Origin: Patescibacteria group bacterium
Lineage (GTDB): Bacteria; Patescibacteriota; Minisyncoccia; Moranbacterales; UBA2206
NCBI GenBank assembly: GCA_022709735.1
Contig: JAKLIG010000004.1
Span: forward strand, 66,240-118,704
Length of the DNA stretch: 52,465 nucleotides
Direction of reading: 5' to 3'
Shown here: positions 8,518 to 16,840 of the stretch, piece by piece
Layout of the letters: each line of letters opens with the position of its first letter
Position numbering within the stretch: position 1 is the first letter of the stretch
Position numbers and translations under genes: made by a program
The notes under the pieces: model-generated
What the model was told of the DNA's origin: nothing
What the model saw: the letters and a program-made list of their open reading frames with translations, nothing else
Database searches by the model: none

Positions 8518-8871
8518 GTGAGAGAAGATGAAGATAAGAGAGTAAATTACGAAGTTCTTAACATCCCTTGTTGCCAAAATTGCCCAAATGCAATAAGCGT
8601 GCAACAAGGTTTGGCTTGCAATCAGGTAATCGAAAAGGGCTCTTTCGTTAGAATAAGCCCGATTGGTATTTGCGAAAAGCATCCCAGGCATAAGGATGAT
8701 CAGGAAAAATATGATTCACTTGAAGAGACTACTATTCCACCAGGATTGCGAGTTGTTATTATTTCTGGACCAAAGAAAACCGGAAAGGGTTACTGTTACA
8801 TCGTAAGACCAAGAAGTTCTTTTAATCATCTTCACATCACAACAAAAGAGCTTCTTTCTGCCATTAAATAA
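8518..8871 (+). CDS. hypothetical Cys-rich protein
   Basis: In-frame GTG at 8518 lies 6 nt after AAGGAGG (caaaaggaggcagccGTG). The track's ATG at 8455 has no RBS and overlaps the rnhB start. A hairpin with T-run terminator follows at 8922-8966. Confidence 0.5.
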   Translation: MREDEDKRVNYEVLNIPCCQNCPNAISVQQGLACNQVIEKGSFVRISPIGICEKHPRHKDDQEKYDSLEETTIPPGLRVVIISGPKKTGKGYCYIVRPRSSFNHLHITTKELLSAIK

Positions 8872-8921
8872 ATTGGCACATGAGGTTGAATCATAATCTG
8901 CAAAGACAGACCATCATCTTC

Positions 8922-8966
8922 AAAGGATTTTCGTAGAACATTTACGGAAATCCTTTTTGCTTTTTA
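8922..8966 (+). terminator. intrinsic terminator
   Basis: aaaggattttcgta / tacggaaatccttt stem (one U.G pair) followed by ttttgcttttt. Confidence 0.7.
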
Positions 8967-9132
8967 AATATTATGCTATAATTTATTTGAAATAAATTCT
9001 TCTGCAAAACCCAAAGGGGCAACCCGGGCTATGAGGAGAAAACGATATTATGAAAGCTTTATTAATTACATTATTTTCAAACCGCTAAATAGAATTTGGT
9101 GGTTTTATTTTATCTCAAATTTTATAATTTTT

Positions 9133-9229
9133 AATTTTGTAATTTTTAAATAATGCTTTAATTTTTAATGTTTAAAAATTCTAATTTAAGATTTATTTAT
9201 AAAATTAAAAATTTAAAAATTCAAAAATT
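9133..9229 (+). repeat. AT-rich ~95-nt repeat, copy 1 (upstream of dnaE)
   Basis: Shares aattttgtaatttttaaataat (22/22) and ...taagatttattta.aaaattaa.aatt...taaaaatt with 49003-49090, in the same orientation. Confidence 0.7.
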
Positions 9230-9233
9230 GTTT

Positions 9234-12200
9234 ATGAAGTTCACTCATCTCCACGTCCACACTCACTACTCTTTATTAGACGGTCTCGCCAAGGTCGACG
9301 AGATTCTTGATCGTGCCAAAGAACTCGGGATGGATAGTTTGGCCATTACTGATCACGGCGTGCTTTATGGCGCGATTGAATTTTATATTAAAGCTAAAGA
9401 AAAAGGGATAAAGCCGATTATAGGCTGTGAAATGTATGTTACGGCCGGAGATTATTTGAGCAAAAATAACACGCAGGAAGATAAAACCCGCTACCATTTG
9501 ATTTTGCTTTGCAAAGATGAGGTCGGTTATAAAAATTTAATGAAACTTATTTCTGTTGCGCACCTGGAAGGATTTTATTACAAACCCAGAATCAACCGGG
9601 AACTACTTCGGAAATATTCCAAAGGGCTCATCGGGCTGTCTGCTTGCGTTGAAGGAGAAGTTCCATCGAATGCCGTAAATGGAAATTTGGAAAAAGCAGA
9701 AAAGCTAGCGCTGGAATATCAAGAAATTTTTGGAGTTGGGAATTTTTATCTTGAAATCCAAAATCATCCTAAATTTGAAAATCAAGCTATCGCTAATGAA
9801 GCGCTGATTAAAATTTCTAAAAAATATAATATTCCTCTAGTTGCGACTAACGACATTCATTATGTAAAAAAAGAAGATAACGAAATCCAAGATATTTTGC
9901 TTTGCATTCAGACTAACCGAAAAGTCACTGAAACTAACCGGATGAATCTTATGGAGTTTGAACTTTATCTCAAAAGCCCAGAGGAAATGGCTGATCATTT
10001 CAAAGATGTTCCCGAAGCGCTGGAAAATACTCAAAAAATTGTGGACAAATGTAATTTGAAAATAAAATTGGGCGAAATCCAACTCCCTGAATTTGATGTG
10101 CCAGAAGGCTACAACGCCGAAACTTATCTTTTGAAACTCACGAAAGAAGGTTTTCAAAAAAAATTCGGAGGCGAGGCAACCGAAGAGCATCAGCAAAGAA
10201 TGGATTATGAACTTTCGGTCATCAAAAAAACCGGCTTTGCTTCATATTTCTTGATCGTCCAAGATTTCGTCAACTGGGCACGGTCGCAAGGGATCGTTGT
10301 CGGACCCGGACGAGGAAGCGCTGCTGGCAGTTTTGTTTCTTATCTTATCGGAATTACTAATATTGATCCAATTAAATATGATTTGCTTTTTGAAAGATTT
10401 CTAAACCCCGAAAGAATTTCGATGCCTGATGTGGATATGGATTTTGCCGATGATCGCCGAGACGAGGTTTTGGAATATGTCCGAAAAAAATACGGCAATG
10501 ATCATGTGGCGCAAATTATCACTTTCGGAACAATGGCCGCGAGAGCTGCAATTCGAGACGCCGGAAGAGCGCTTGGACTTCCCTACGAATTTTGCGACAA
10601 AACCGCCAAAATGATTCCAATGTTTTCTTCCATTCCTGACGCACTGGAGCAAGTAAAAGAATTTCAAGATCTGCAAAAAAATGACGAGGGCGGAAAAAAA
10701 TTAATCGACAGCGCAATGCGCCTTGAAGGCGTAGTGCGCCACGCGTCTATGCATGCTTGCGGAGTGGTCATTACAAAAAATCCCGTAACAGAATATACTC
10801 CGCTCCAAAAAATAATCGGCAAAGGCGATGGAACAGTGACACAATACTCTTCTTCGACCAAATCAAGCTTCGTGGAAAAAATCGGACTTCTCAAAATGGA
10901 CTTTTTGGGACTCAAGAACTTAACCATCATTCAAAATACTTTACGCATAGTTAGAAAAACCAAAGAAATGGAAATAAATATTGATGACATTCCGCTTGAT
11001 GACAAAAAAACTTTCAAACTTCTTCAAACTGCCCAAACCACCGGAGTGTTTCAGCTGGAAAGTTCCGGCATGAAAAGATATCTAAAACAATTGAAACCAA
11101 CTGATTTTGAAGATATTATCGCCATGGTAGCGCTATATCGCCCCGGTCCGATGGATTGGATTCCGGACTTTATCGCCAGAAAACACGGGGAACGGGAAAT
11201 AAAATATCTACACCCGAACCTAAAACCAATTTTGGAAAAAACTTACGGCGTCGCAGTTTATCAAGAACAAGTAATGCAAATCGCCCAATCACTTGCTGGA
11301 TTCACTTTGGGCGAAGCGGATGTCCTTCGAAAAGCGATGGGTAAGAAAATTTTCACGCTCATTGCCGAACAAAAACAAAAATTCGTAGAAGGCTGTATGA
11401 ATCAAGGTATCGCCGGAACAGTCGGTGAAAAAGTTTTTTCTTATATTGAACCTTTTGCCGGATATGGATTCAACAGAAGTCACGCCGCTTGTTATGCGCT
11501 TATTGGATATCAAACTGCTTATCTTAAAGCGCATTTTCCCGCCGAATTTATGGCCGCGCTTCTCACATCTGATCAAGATAATATTGATCGCATTGCGATT
11601 GAAGTGGCAGAGTGTCGAGAAATGGGAATGGAAGTTTTGCCTCCCAATGTCAATGAAAGTTTTGAAGAATTCGCCGTAATAATTAATCCTGAAACCAAGG
11701 AAGAAAAAATTCGCTTCGGACTAAATGCCGTAAAAAATGTCGGGCACACGGTTGCTCATGAAATCGTGAAAGAAAGAAAAAGACGCCTGCCTGCCGGTAG
11801 GCAGGGAAAATTTTTGAGTCTTACTAATTTTATTGAAAGAGTTCAGCATAAAGATCTCAACAAAAAATCAATTGAAGCGCTCTCAAAAGTCGGGGCACTC
11901 GAAGAATTTTCGGAAAGAAATGCAGTTCTGGCTTCGATCGAAAATATCCTAGCTCACAGCAAAAATTTGGAAAAAATAAATAACTCCAGGCAAAACAGTC
12001 TTTTTGGAGAAGCGGATATTAAGCTTCCAGAAATAAAATTAGAGCCTTCTCCTGAAGCTTCTAAAAAAGAAAAGCTGGCTTGGGAAAAAGAACTGCTCGG
12101 ACTTTATATCAGCGATCATCCGGTTCGAGAATTCCAGCAGTATTTGGAAAAAATGGCCGTTCCAATTCGAAATATAAATTCCCAGATGGTCGGGCAAAAT

Positions 12201-12746
12201 GTTTCTATCGGCGGAATAATTTCGAAAATAAAAAAGATTTATCTTAAAAATCAAAAGATGATGGCTTTTGCCACCGTGGAAGATATGAGCTCCCGAATGG
12301 AAATTTTGGTTTTTCCAAAAACACTGGAAACGACCGGTTCCGTTTGGGAAGAAGAAAAAATAATTTTAGCCACCGGAAAAATTTCCGACAAAGACGGCGA
12401 AATGAAACTGCTTTGCGACAGCGCGAAATCCATAAGCTTTCAGGATTTGGAAAATTTCAAAAGAGTTCAAAAAACACAAGATAAAAACGGCCATCAAAAG
12501 TCCCCCTCCAGTCACGAGAGGACGAAGGAATTTTCCAAAATAATTATTACATTGCCAAATAATTTTGACAAAGAAATTCTCAAAAATCTTTCTTCCTTTT
12601 TCGACCGCTGTGAACTTGGAAGTTCAAAAGTTTATCTTTCTATCGGTGGCTCAAAACTCGAAACGCCATATTGCATAAAAAACACAGCCGATCTTGAATT
12701 GGCCATTAAAAAAATCTTTCCGGAAGGAAAGATTGAAATTTATTAA
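9234..12746 (+). CDS. dnaE: DNA polymerase III alpha subunit
   Basis: PHP domain start MKFTHLHVHTHYSLLDG, FNRSHAACYALIGYQTAYLKAHFP, OB-fold C-terminus. Start moved to ATG 9234, because the 22 upstream codons lie in the AT-rich repeat. Confidence 0.93.
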   Translation: MKFTHLHVHTHYSLLDGLAKVDEILDRAKELGMDSLAITDHGVLYGAIEFYIKAKEKGIKPIIGCEMYVTAGDYLSKNNTQEDKTRYHLILLCKDEVGYKNLMKLISVAHLEGFYYKPRINRELLRKYSKGLIGLSACVEGEVPSNAVNGNLEKAEKLALEYQEIFGVGNFYLEIQNHPKFENQAIANEALIKISKKYNIPLVATNDIHYVKKEDNEIQDILLCIQTNRKVTETNRMNLMEFELYLKSPEEMADHFKDVPEALENTQKIVDKCNLKIKLGEIQLPEFDVPEGYNAETYLLKLTKEGFQKKFGGEATEEHQQRMDYELSVIKKTGFASYFLIVQDFVNWARSQGIVVGPGRGSAAGSFVSYLIGITNIDPIKYDLLFERFLNPERISMPDVDMDFADDRRDEVLEYVRKKYGNDHVAQIITFGTMAARAAIRDAGRALGLPYEFCDKTAKMIPMFSSIPDALEQVKEFQDLQKNDEGGKKLIDSAMRLEGVVRHASMHACGVVITKNPVTEYTPLQKIIGKGDGTVTQYSSSTKSSFVEKIGLLKMDFLGLKNLTIIQNTLRIVRKTKEMEINIDDIPLDDKKTFKLLQTAQTTGVFQLESSGMKRYLKQLKPTDFEDIIAMVALYRPGPMDWIPDFIARKHGEREIKYLHPNLKPILEKTYGVAVYQEQVMQIAQSLAGFTLGEADVLRKAMGKKIFTLIAEQKQKFVEGCMNQGIAGTVGEKVFSYIEPFAGYGFNRSHAACYALIGYQTAYLKAHFPAEFMAALLTSDQDNIDRIAIEVAECREMGMEVLPPNVNESFEEFAVIINPETKEEKIRFGLNAVKNVGHTVAHEIVKERKRRLPAGRQGKFLSLTNFIERVQHKDLNKKSIEALSKVGALEEFSERNAVLASIENILAHSKNLEKINNSRQNSLFGEADIKLPEIKLEPSPEASKKEKLAWEKELLGLYISDHPVREFQQYLEKMAVPIRNINSQMVGQNVSIGGIISKIKKIYLKNQKMMAFATVEDMSSRMEILVFPKTLETTGSVWEEEKIILATGKISDKDGEMKLLCDSAKSISFQDLENFKRVQKTQDKNGHQKSPSSHERTKEFSKIIITLPNNFDKEILKNLSSFFDRCELGSSKVYLSIGGSKLETPYCIKNTADLELAIKKIFPEGKIEIY
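11786..11805. repeat. cctgcctgccggtaggcagg palindrome in frame in dnaE (LPAGRQG)
   Basis: Near-perfect 20-nt palindrome. The same element is in the miaB-like gene at 23666-23681 and 24267-24286. Confidence 0.85.
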
Positions 12747-13294
12747 ATTTTTCTAACTTCCTTCCTTATTTTCTTATATTCCGGCACGGTTTTTTCGACC
12801 AGCGCCCAGAATTTTTTGGAGTGGTTAAATTCGCCGATATGGCAAAGCTCGTGGACGATTATATAATCGCAAAGATTTTCAGGAAGATAGATTATTCGGT
12901 AGCTAAAATTCAGATCTCTCGACTTGGAACAACTCCCCCAGCGGGTTTTTTGATTTCGAATAGAAACTCTACCAATTGAAAAATTATAAACTTCATTAAA
13001 ATAGGCCAGTTTCTTTTCAGCAATTTCCCGCGCCAACTCTTTATATTTCAAATAATCTTTCCTAGTTGCCGGTGGCAGGTTTGATGTTCTATTTCTAAAA
13101 TATTCTAACTTTTCAAGTATCCACTGCGCTTTTTCATGGATAAATTTTTCCACATATTTTTCGCTTAGACACCACGGCACACTCACAACCAAACTGGCAT
13201 CTGTTTTGATCGTAAGGTGCATACATCTCGCTCTCCGGCTTTTTCGAAAAGTATAGGGGATTTTTTGGTTGTTTAATATTATTTCCTTTTGCAT
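12743..13294 (-). CDS. YgjP-like metal-dependent hydrolase (DUF45 family, HExxH)
   Basis: IVHELCHIGEFNHSKKFW zinc-binding motif. 183 aa. Its stop overlaps the dnaE stop (convergent). Confidence 0.8.
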   Translation of the reverse strand: MQKEIILNNQKIPYTFRKSRRARCMHLTIKTDASLVVSVPWCLSEKYVEKFIHEKAQWILEKLEYFRNRTSNLPPATRKDYLKYKELAREIAEKKLAYFNEVYNFSIGRVSIRNQKTRWGSCSKSRDLNFSYRIIYLPENLCDYIIVHELCHIGEFNHSKKFWALVEKTVPEYKKIRKEVRKI

Positions 13295-13328
13295 ATTTTA
13301 ATTATACCATTTTGTGTTTTATTTTTCA

Positions 13329-13494
13329 TTCAGCCTATTTTGACGACGAAACAAATTGAAGTTTGCGAGCGTTAAAAAATTTATTATGGAGCGAAGCGGA
13401 ACATAAATTTTAGCGAGCAAGCTGAAAATTTGTCGGAGACAAAATTGGGCTGAGAGCTCTTTTTGGTACTTTTTCTCGCGGAGAGAAAAAGTAC
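13329..13494 (+). repeat. structured ~170-nt repeat family, copy A (long hairpin plus short GCGG-loop hairpin)
   Basis: ttcagcctattttgacgacgaaacaaattgaagtttgcgagcg...tagcgagcaagctgaaaatttgtcggagacaaaattgggctgagag, then gtactttttctc-gcgg-agagaaaaagtac. Homologous to 23396-23562 and 29995-30168. Confidence 0.85.
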
Positions 13495-13587
13495 AAGAAA
13501 TTATTTTTGCGGAAAAAGAAAGTGGCGAAAAAAGTAATAAAAAAGATCCCATTTTCACAGGATCTTTTTTCTATACTTCAAGTAAAA

Positions 13588-13869
13588 TTACAGAACCGCT
13601 TCCTTAGCAGCTTTTGCCAATCGGAATTTTACTACAGTTTTTGCAGCAATATTGATTTTTGCTCCTGTAGCTGGATTGATTCCAACTCGCGCCTTTCGGT
13701 TAACCTTTACCATTTTTCCGAATCCAGGAAGAATGAAAATTCCACTCTTCTTCACTTCTGAATACGCCATTTCAACAAGCGTATCCATAAAACCGACGAC
13801 ATCCTTTTTTGGAAGTCCGGTTTTTTCAGCTAGCGCTGACATCAGCTGTGCTTTTGTCATTTTTGCCAT
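13588..13869 (-). CDS. hup: HU/IHF-family DNA-binding protein
   Basis: MTKAQLMSALAEKTGL...GFGKMVKVNRKARVGINPATGAKINI, the HU arm signature. 93 aa. Confidence 0.9.
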   Translation of the reverse strand: MAKMTKAQLMSALAEKTGLPKKDVVGFMDTLVEMAYSEVKKSGIFILPGFGKMVKVNRKARVGINPATGAKINIAAKTVVKFRLAKAAKEAVL

Positions 13870-13930
13870 TGCTTTTTGTCCCGTTTGATCGGGAGTTAAT
13901 TAATTATTATTATGTCCCCTAATTTATCCA

Positions 13931-13986
13931 GCACTAACTTTTGACCGGCGCTTCGCGCCAAAATTAAAAAAGTCAAAAGTTAGTGC
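13931..13986 (-). promoter_or_regulatory. perfect 15-bp stem hairpin in the HU 5' UTR
   Basis: gcactaacttttgac ... gtcaaaagttagtgc with an inner ggcgc-gaa-gcgcc hairpin. Lies between the predicted HU promoter and the start codon. Confidence 0.6.
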
Positions 13987-14001
13987 GGGATTTACCCTTA
14001 T

Positions 14002-14030
14002 ATTATAAGCCTTTTTGAAAAGTCGCGCAA
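14002..14030 (-). promoter_or_regulatory. sigma70-like promoter for HU
   Basis: Minus strand reads TTGCGC - 17 nt - TATAAT. Confidence 0.6.
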
Positions 14031-14147
14031 TAGGGGTGTTTTAATCCTTGACTTTTTGAAAAAGAGTGCTATGTTATTCGAATATAGTACATTTTAATAA
14101 TCAGGGGAAAACCAAAACAATGTGTGAGGTAAGGAGGGAAAAAAAAT

Positions 14148-14456
14148 ATGACACAGATGGATTCTGAAAAGATGGAACAGCTGATTAAAAAAGCTACAGG
14201 ATTTAATGCGAGATGCTTTGTCGGGACTGAAGCTTCTTTTGATCCGGATGAGAACATAAGGGAGTTATACCACAAGTCCGTTCTTATTTTACCGAAAGAA
14301 AACCAACCAACATTAAAATTCGACAAAAAACGCCTTAATGTCCTTAGCATTCCGTTCCTCCATGGTCAGCCCGGAAATAAAAAAATTGTAGTCGTCAATA
14401 GTGAATACCTATCGCCGATGACGCCCAATGCTAAAAGTGTTTTCAGCAATTTTTAA
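14148..14456 (+). CDS. hypothetical protein (102 aa)
   Basis: Strong RBS (gtaaggagggaaaaaaaatATG), upstream TTGACT-16-TATGTT promoter-like sequence, terminator downstream. Only weak resemblance to small inhibitor-like folds, so no family assigned. Confidence 0.6.
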   Translation: MTQMDSEKMEQLIKKATGFNARCFVGTEASFDPDENIRELYHKSVLILPKENQPTLKFDKKRLNVLSIPFLHGQPGNKKIVVVNSEYLSPMTPNAKSVFSNF

Positions 14457-14484
14457 TTAAAAACAACCCCTGATTATTATGGAA

Positions 14485-14531
14485 GGGCGCTCGATATCTA
14501 ATACGTAAAGATACCGGCGCCCATTTTTTTT
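14485..14531 (+). terminator. intrinsic terminator
   Basis: gggcgc...gcgccc stem followed by an 8-T run. Confidence 0.7.
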
Positions 14532-14581
14532 ATCTCAAATTTAAGGTATAATAGAAATATTAACAAATTAAAATAAACTAA

Positions 14582-15652
14582 ATGAAAACAAACTTAAACT
14601 CCGCTTTTTTATTAATTCTTATTGTTTTGGCTGGAATATGCGCTTATTTAGTCTTCAAGCCATTTTTGGTCGCGCTTTTTCTGGCTTTTATCATTTCCCA
14701 ACTTTTCCGAAAATGGTACGAAAAAATCAATCGTAAATTTGGAAACCGCCCATCTTTGGCTTCTCTTACGCTTTGCATCATCCTCTTTTTCATTTTAGTC
14801 ATTCCGTTTTTAATAACCGGCAGTCTTGTCGCTAACGAAGTGGCAAACCTATATCAAACCGTTCAAAAAACTGACTGGCAGTCACAACTCAATTCACTTT
14901 CCAATTCGCCTGCGCTAAAAATTCTTGGCATAGACATCGCGAAAGATTTTAATTTGCAAAACGCTGTAGCTCAAAATTCTTCCACCATTATTCCGGGAAT
15001 AAAAAATATCAGCAATTTCGCTTTTTCAATTATTGGAAAAATTTATGTGAGCACTTCTTCTTTCATCTTTATGACTTTTGTTGTTTTCTTTTCGCTCTAT
15101 TATTTATTCAAGGATGGCGACGCGATTATCAAAAAAATAATGGCGCTTAGTCCGCTTAGAAATAATGAGGAAGGTCAACTGCTCAAAAATTTCATTGCCA
15201 TTTCCAAAGCAACTCTCAAGGGCTCCCTTGTCATCGCTATTATTCAAGGAATTTTAATGGCTCTCATCTTTTGGGTTACTGGCGTAGAGTCTCCCGTTCT
15301 TTGGGGATCAATTACTATTGTCGTCGCATTAATTCCTCTTTTAGGCGCCGCTCTTATCTGGTTTCCAGTCGGACTTATCATGTTATTTTTAGGAAATATT
15401 TGGCAAGCGCTGGTGATAATGATTTTTGGCGCACTTGTAATCAGTCTCATTGACAATATCCTTCGGCCAAAATTGGTCGGCAAAGAAACTAGTCTTCATC
15501 CACTTTTGGTTTTCTTTTCCACTATCGGCGGGATTGCCCTTTTCGGACTAGTCGGCATTCTTCTCGGGCCGGTAATCGTAGTGCTACTTATTTCTCTTTT
15601 GGATATTTATCAAATTGAATTCAAAAACGAACTGGAAAAAATGAACCAATAA
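14582..15652 (+). CDS. AI-2E family transporter (PerM/UPF0118)
   Basis: Multi-TM protein with DNILRPKLVGKETSLHPLLVFFSTIGGIALFGLVGILLGPVI, the characteristic C-terminal block. Confidence 0.85.
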   Translation: MKTNLNSAFLLILIVLAGICAYLVFKPFLVALFLAFIISQLFRKWYEKINRKFGNRPSLASLTLCIILFFILVIPFLITGSLVANEVANLYQTVQKTDWQSQLNSLSNSPALKILGIDIAKDFNLQNAVAQNSSTIIPGIKNISNFAFSIIGKIYVSTSSFIFMTFVVFFSLYYLFKDGDAIIKKIMALSPLRNNEEGQLLKNFIAISKATLKGSLVIAIIQGILMALIFWVTGVESPVLWGSITIVVALIPLLGAALIWFPVGLIMLFLGNIWQALVIMIFGALVISLIDNILRPKLVGKETSLHPLLVFFSTIGGIALFGLVGILLGPVIVVLLISLLDIYQIEFKNELEKMNQ

Positions 15653-15659
15653 TAAAATT

Positions 15660-15887
15660 ATGAAAAATAAAAAAATTTGGGTAGGCATAGTTGGTTTTAT
15701 AGTATTATTTATTATAGAGTTTCTAAATGGGATGTTATCTGCTGGTATCGAAGGATGCGAAGAATGTGGCATTTGGCTGCCTATCTGGCTTTATAAATTA
15801 TTAAATCCCTTATGGATAATCTTTTTAATAATCTTCCTTTGGGGAATAGTAGAATTAATAATTAGAAAATATAAATCTAAAATTTAA
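15660..15887 (+). CDS. small membrane protein (hypothetical)
   Basis: 75-aa ORF with two hydrophobic helices, 8 nt after the preceding gene. Confidence 0.45.
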   Translation: MKNKKIWVGIVGFIVLFIIEFLNGMLSAGIEGCEECGIWLPIWLYKLLNPLWIIFLIIFLWGIVELIIRKYKSKI

Positions 15888-15944
15888 GCATCTTAAAAGC
15901 CATCTCAAAAAAGATGGCTTTTTATTTTATATTTTCAAGTAAAT

Positions 15945-16742
15945 TTATTTCACTTCAAAATTTACTCCCATGCCCACTGTGATATCCTGCGTGCCGGAAG
16001 AAATTTGCGAGGGCATTGCTTTTGGCGACGCGCCTCCAATTCCCATTCCTCCATCCATCGCGCCTTCAATAGAAACAGCATTGCTGTCTCCTATCGGGCT
16101 CATATCTTCATACCAACTTACTACTTTCCCAAGCTTTTTTATTCCAGCGGCCTTGGCTAAATCTTTCGCTTTTGACCGAGCATCCGCTATTGCAAGGACT
16201 CTCGCTTTTTGTTTCAAACTATTCAGATCATCAATATAATAATTCACGCCTTGAATTTCGTTCGTGCCGGAATCTCCGGAAACCGAGACAACTCTGTTCA
16301 CCAAATCAACATTCTCATCAACTTTTCTCACTTTTATTGAAAGACTTTGATTGGCATTATAGCCGGAAACTTTTGAAGTTCCGTCTTTATATTCATAGGC
16401 CGGATATAAATTATAATTTTGCGTTTTGATGTCATCAGCGGAAATTCCTAAAGCCAAAACTGCATCATCAATTTTTTTGATTTTTATATTGAGTTGATTA
16501 AGCGCTTCACTGGCTGATACGGCTTTGTCCACTCGAACGCCCAATGTGATTGTCGCCGTGTCCGGCTTGTATTCAACCTTCCCCTGGCCATAAACCGTGA
16601 TTTGATTTTGGTTTGGATTGATTATTTTCTCTCGAAGCAAAGAAACTACCACGACTATCGCAATCAATGCTATGCCAGCTAAAATTAGAAAGAATCCATA
16701 TTTTTTCTTATCAAATTCTTTTTTAATATTTATTTCTTCCAT
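15945..16742 (-). CDS. SIMPL (DUF541) domain protein
   Basis: N-terminal TM, then ITVYGQGKVEYKPDTATITLGV...GYNANQSLSIKVRKVD pattern typical of SIMPL / 26-kDa periplasmic immunogenic proteins. Confidence 0.75.
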   Translation of the reverse strand: MEEINIKKEFDKKKYGFFLILAGIALIAIVVVVSLLREKIINPNQNQITVYGQGKVEYKPDTATITLGVRVDKAVSASEALNQLNIKIKKIDDAVLALGISADDIKTQNYNLYPAYEYKDGTSKVSGYNANQSLSIKVRKVDENVDLVNRVVSVSGDSGTNEIQGVNYYIDDLNSLKQKARVLAIADARSKAKDLAKAAGIKKLGKVVSWYEDMSPIGDSNAVSIEGAMDGGMGIGGASPKAMPSQISSGTQDITVGMGVNFEVK

Positions 16743-16840
16743 TTTTTATAAATTAATAATTATAGATTTATTATAGCACAAAATTGACATTTTATCCCTT
16801 TTGAGTTAAGCTACATCTTCAAACAAATTATATAAAAACT

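Noticed and set aside
9100-9233. AT-rich reiterated sequence upstream of dnaE (and 48977-49100) as a CRISPR array
   Set aside because: There is no regular repeat-spacer periodicity and no cas genes. The pattern is low-complexity AT repeats with one homologous copy elsewhere.
9168-9233. Upstream ATG start for dnaE given in the ORF track
   Set aside because: The extra 22 codons (MFKNSNLRFIYKIKNLKIQKLF) lie in the AT-rich repeat. The conserved PHP domain begins right after the ATG at 9234.
13329-13494. Structured repeat family as integron attC sites or as 6S RNA
   Set aside because: For attC: there are no RYYYAAC/GTTRRRY core sites, no integrase, and the flanking genes are not same-orientation promoterless cassettes. 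For 6S RNA: three paralogous copies in a tiny genome seem unlikely, and I could not identify a convincing large central bubble. The 6S idea is not excluded, only unsupported.
13319-13558. Track ORFs 13319-13558(-), 23452-23682(-) and 30081-30293(-) lying on the three structured repeat copies
   Set aside because: The three ORFs overlap homologous DNA, but their translated sequences are not conserved in frame. They have no RBS and their extents differ. The similarity is explained by a non-coding repeat.
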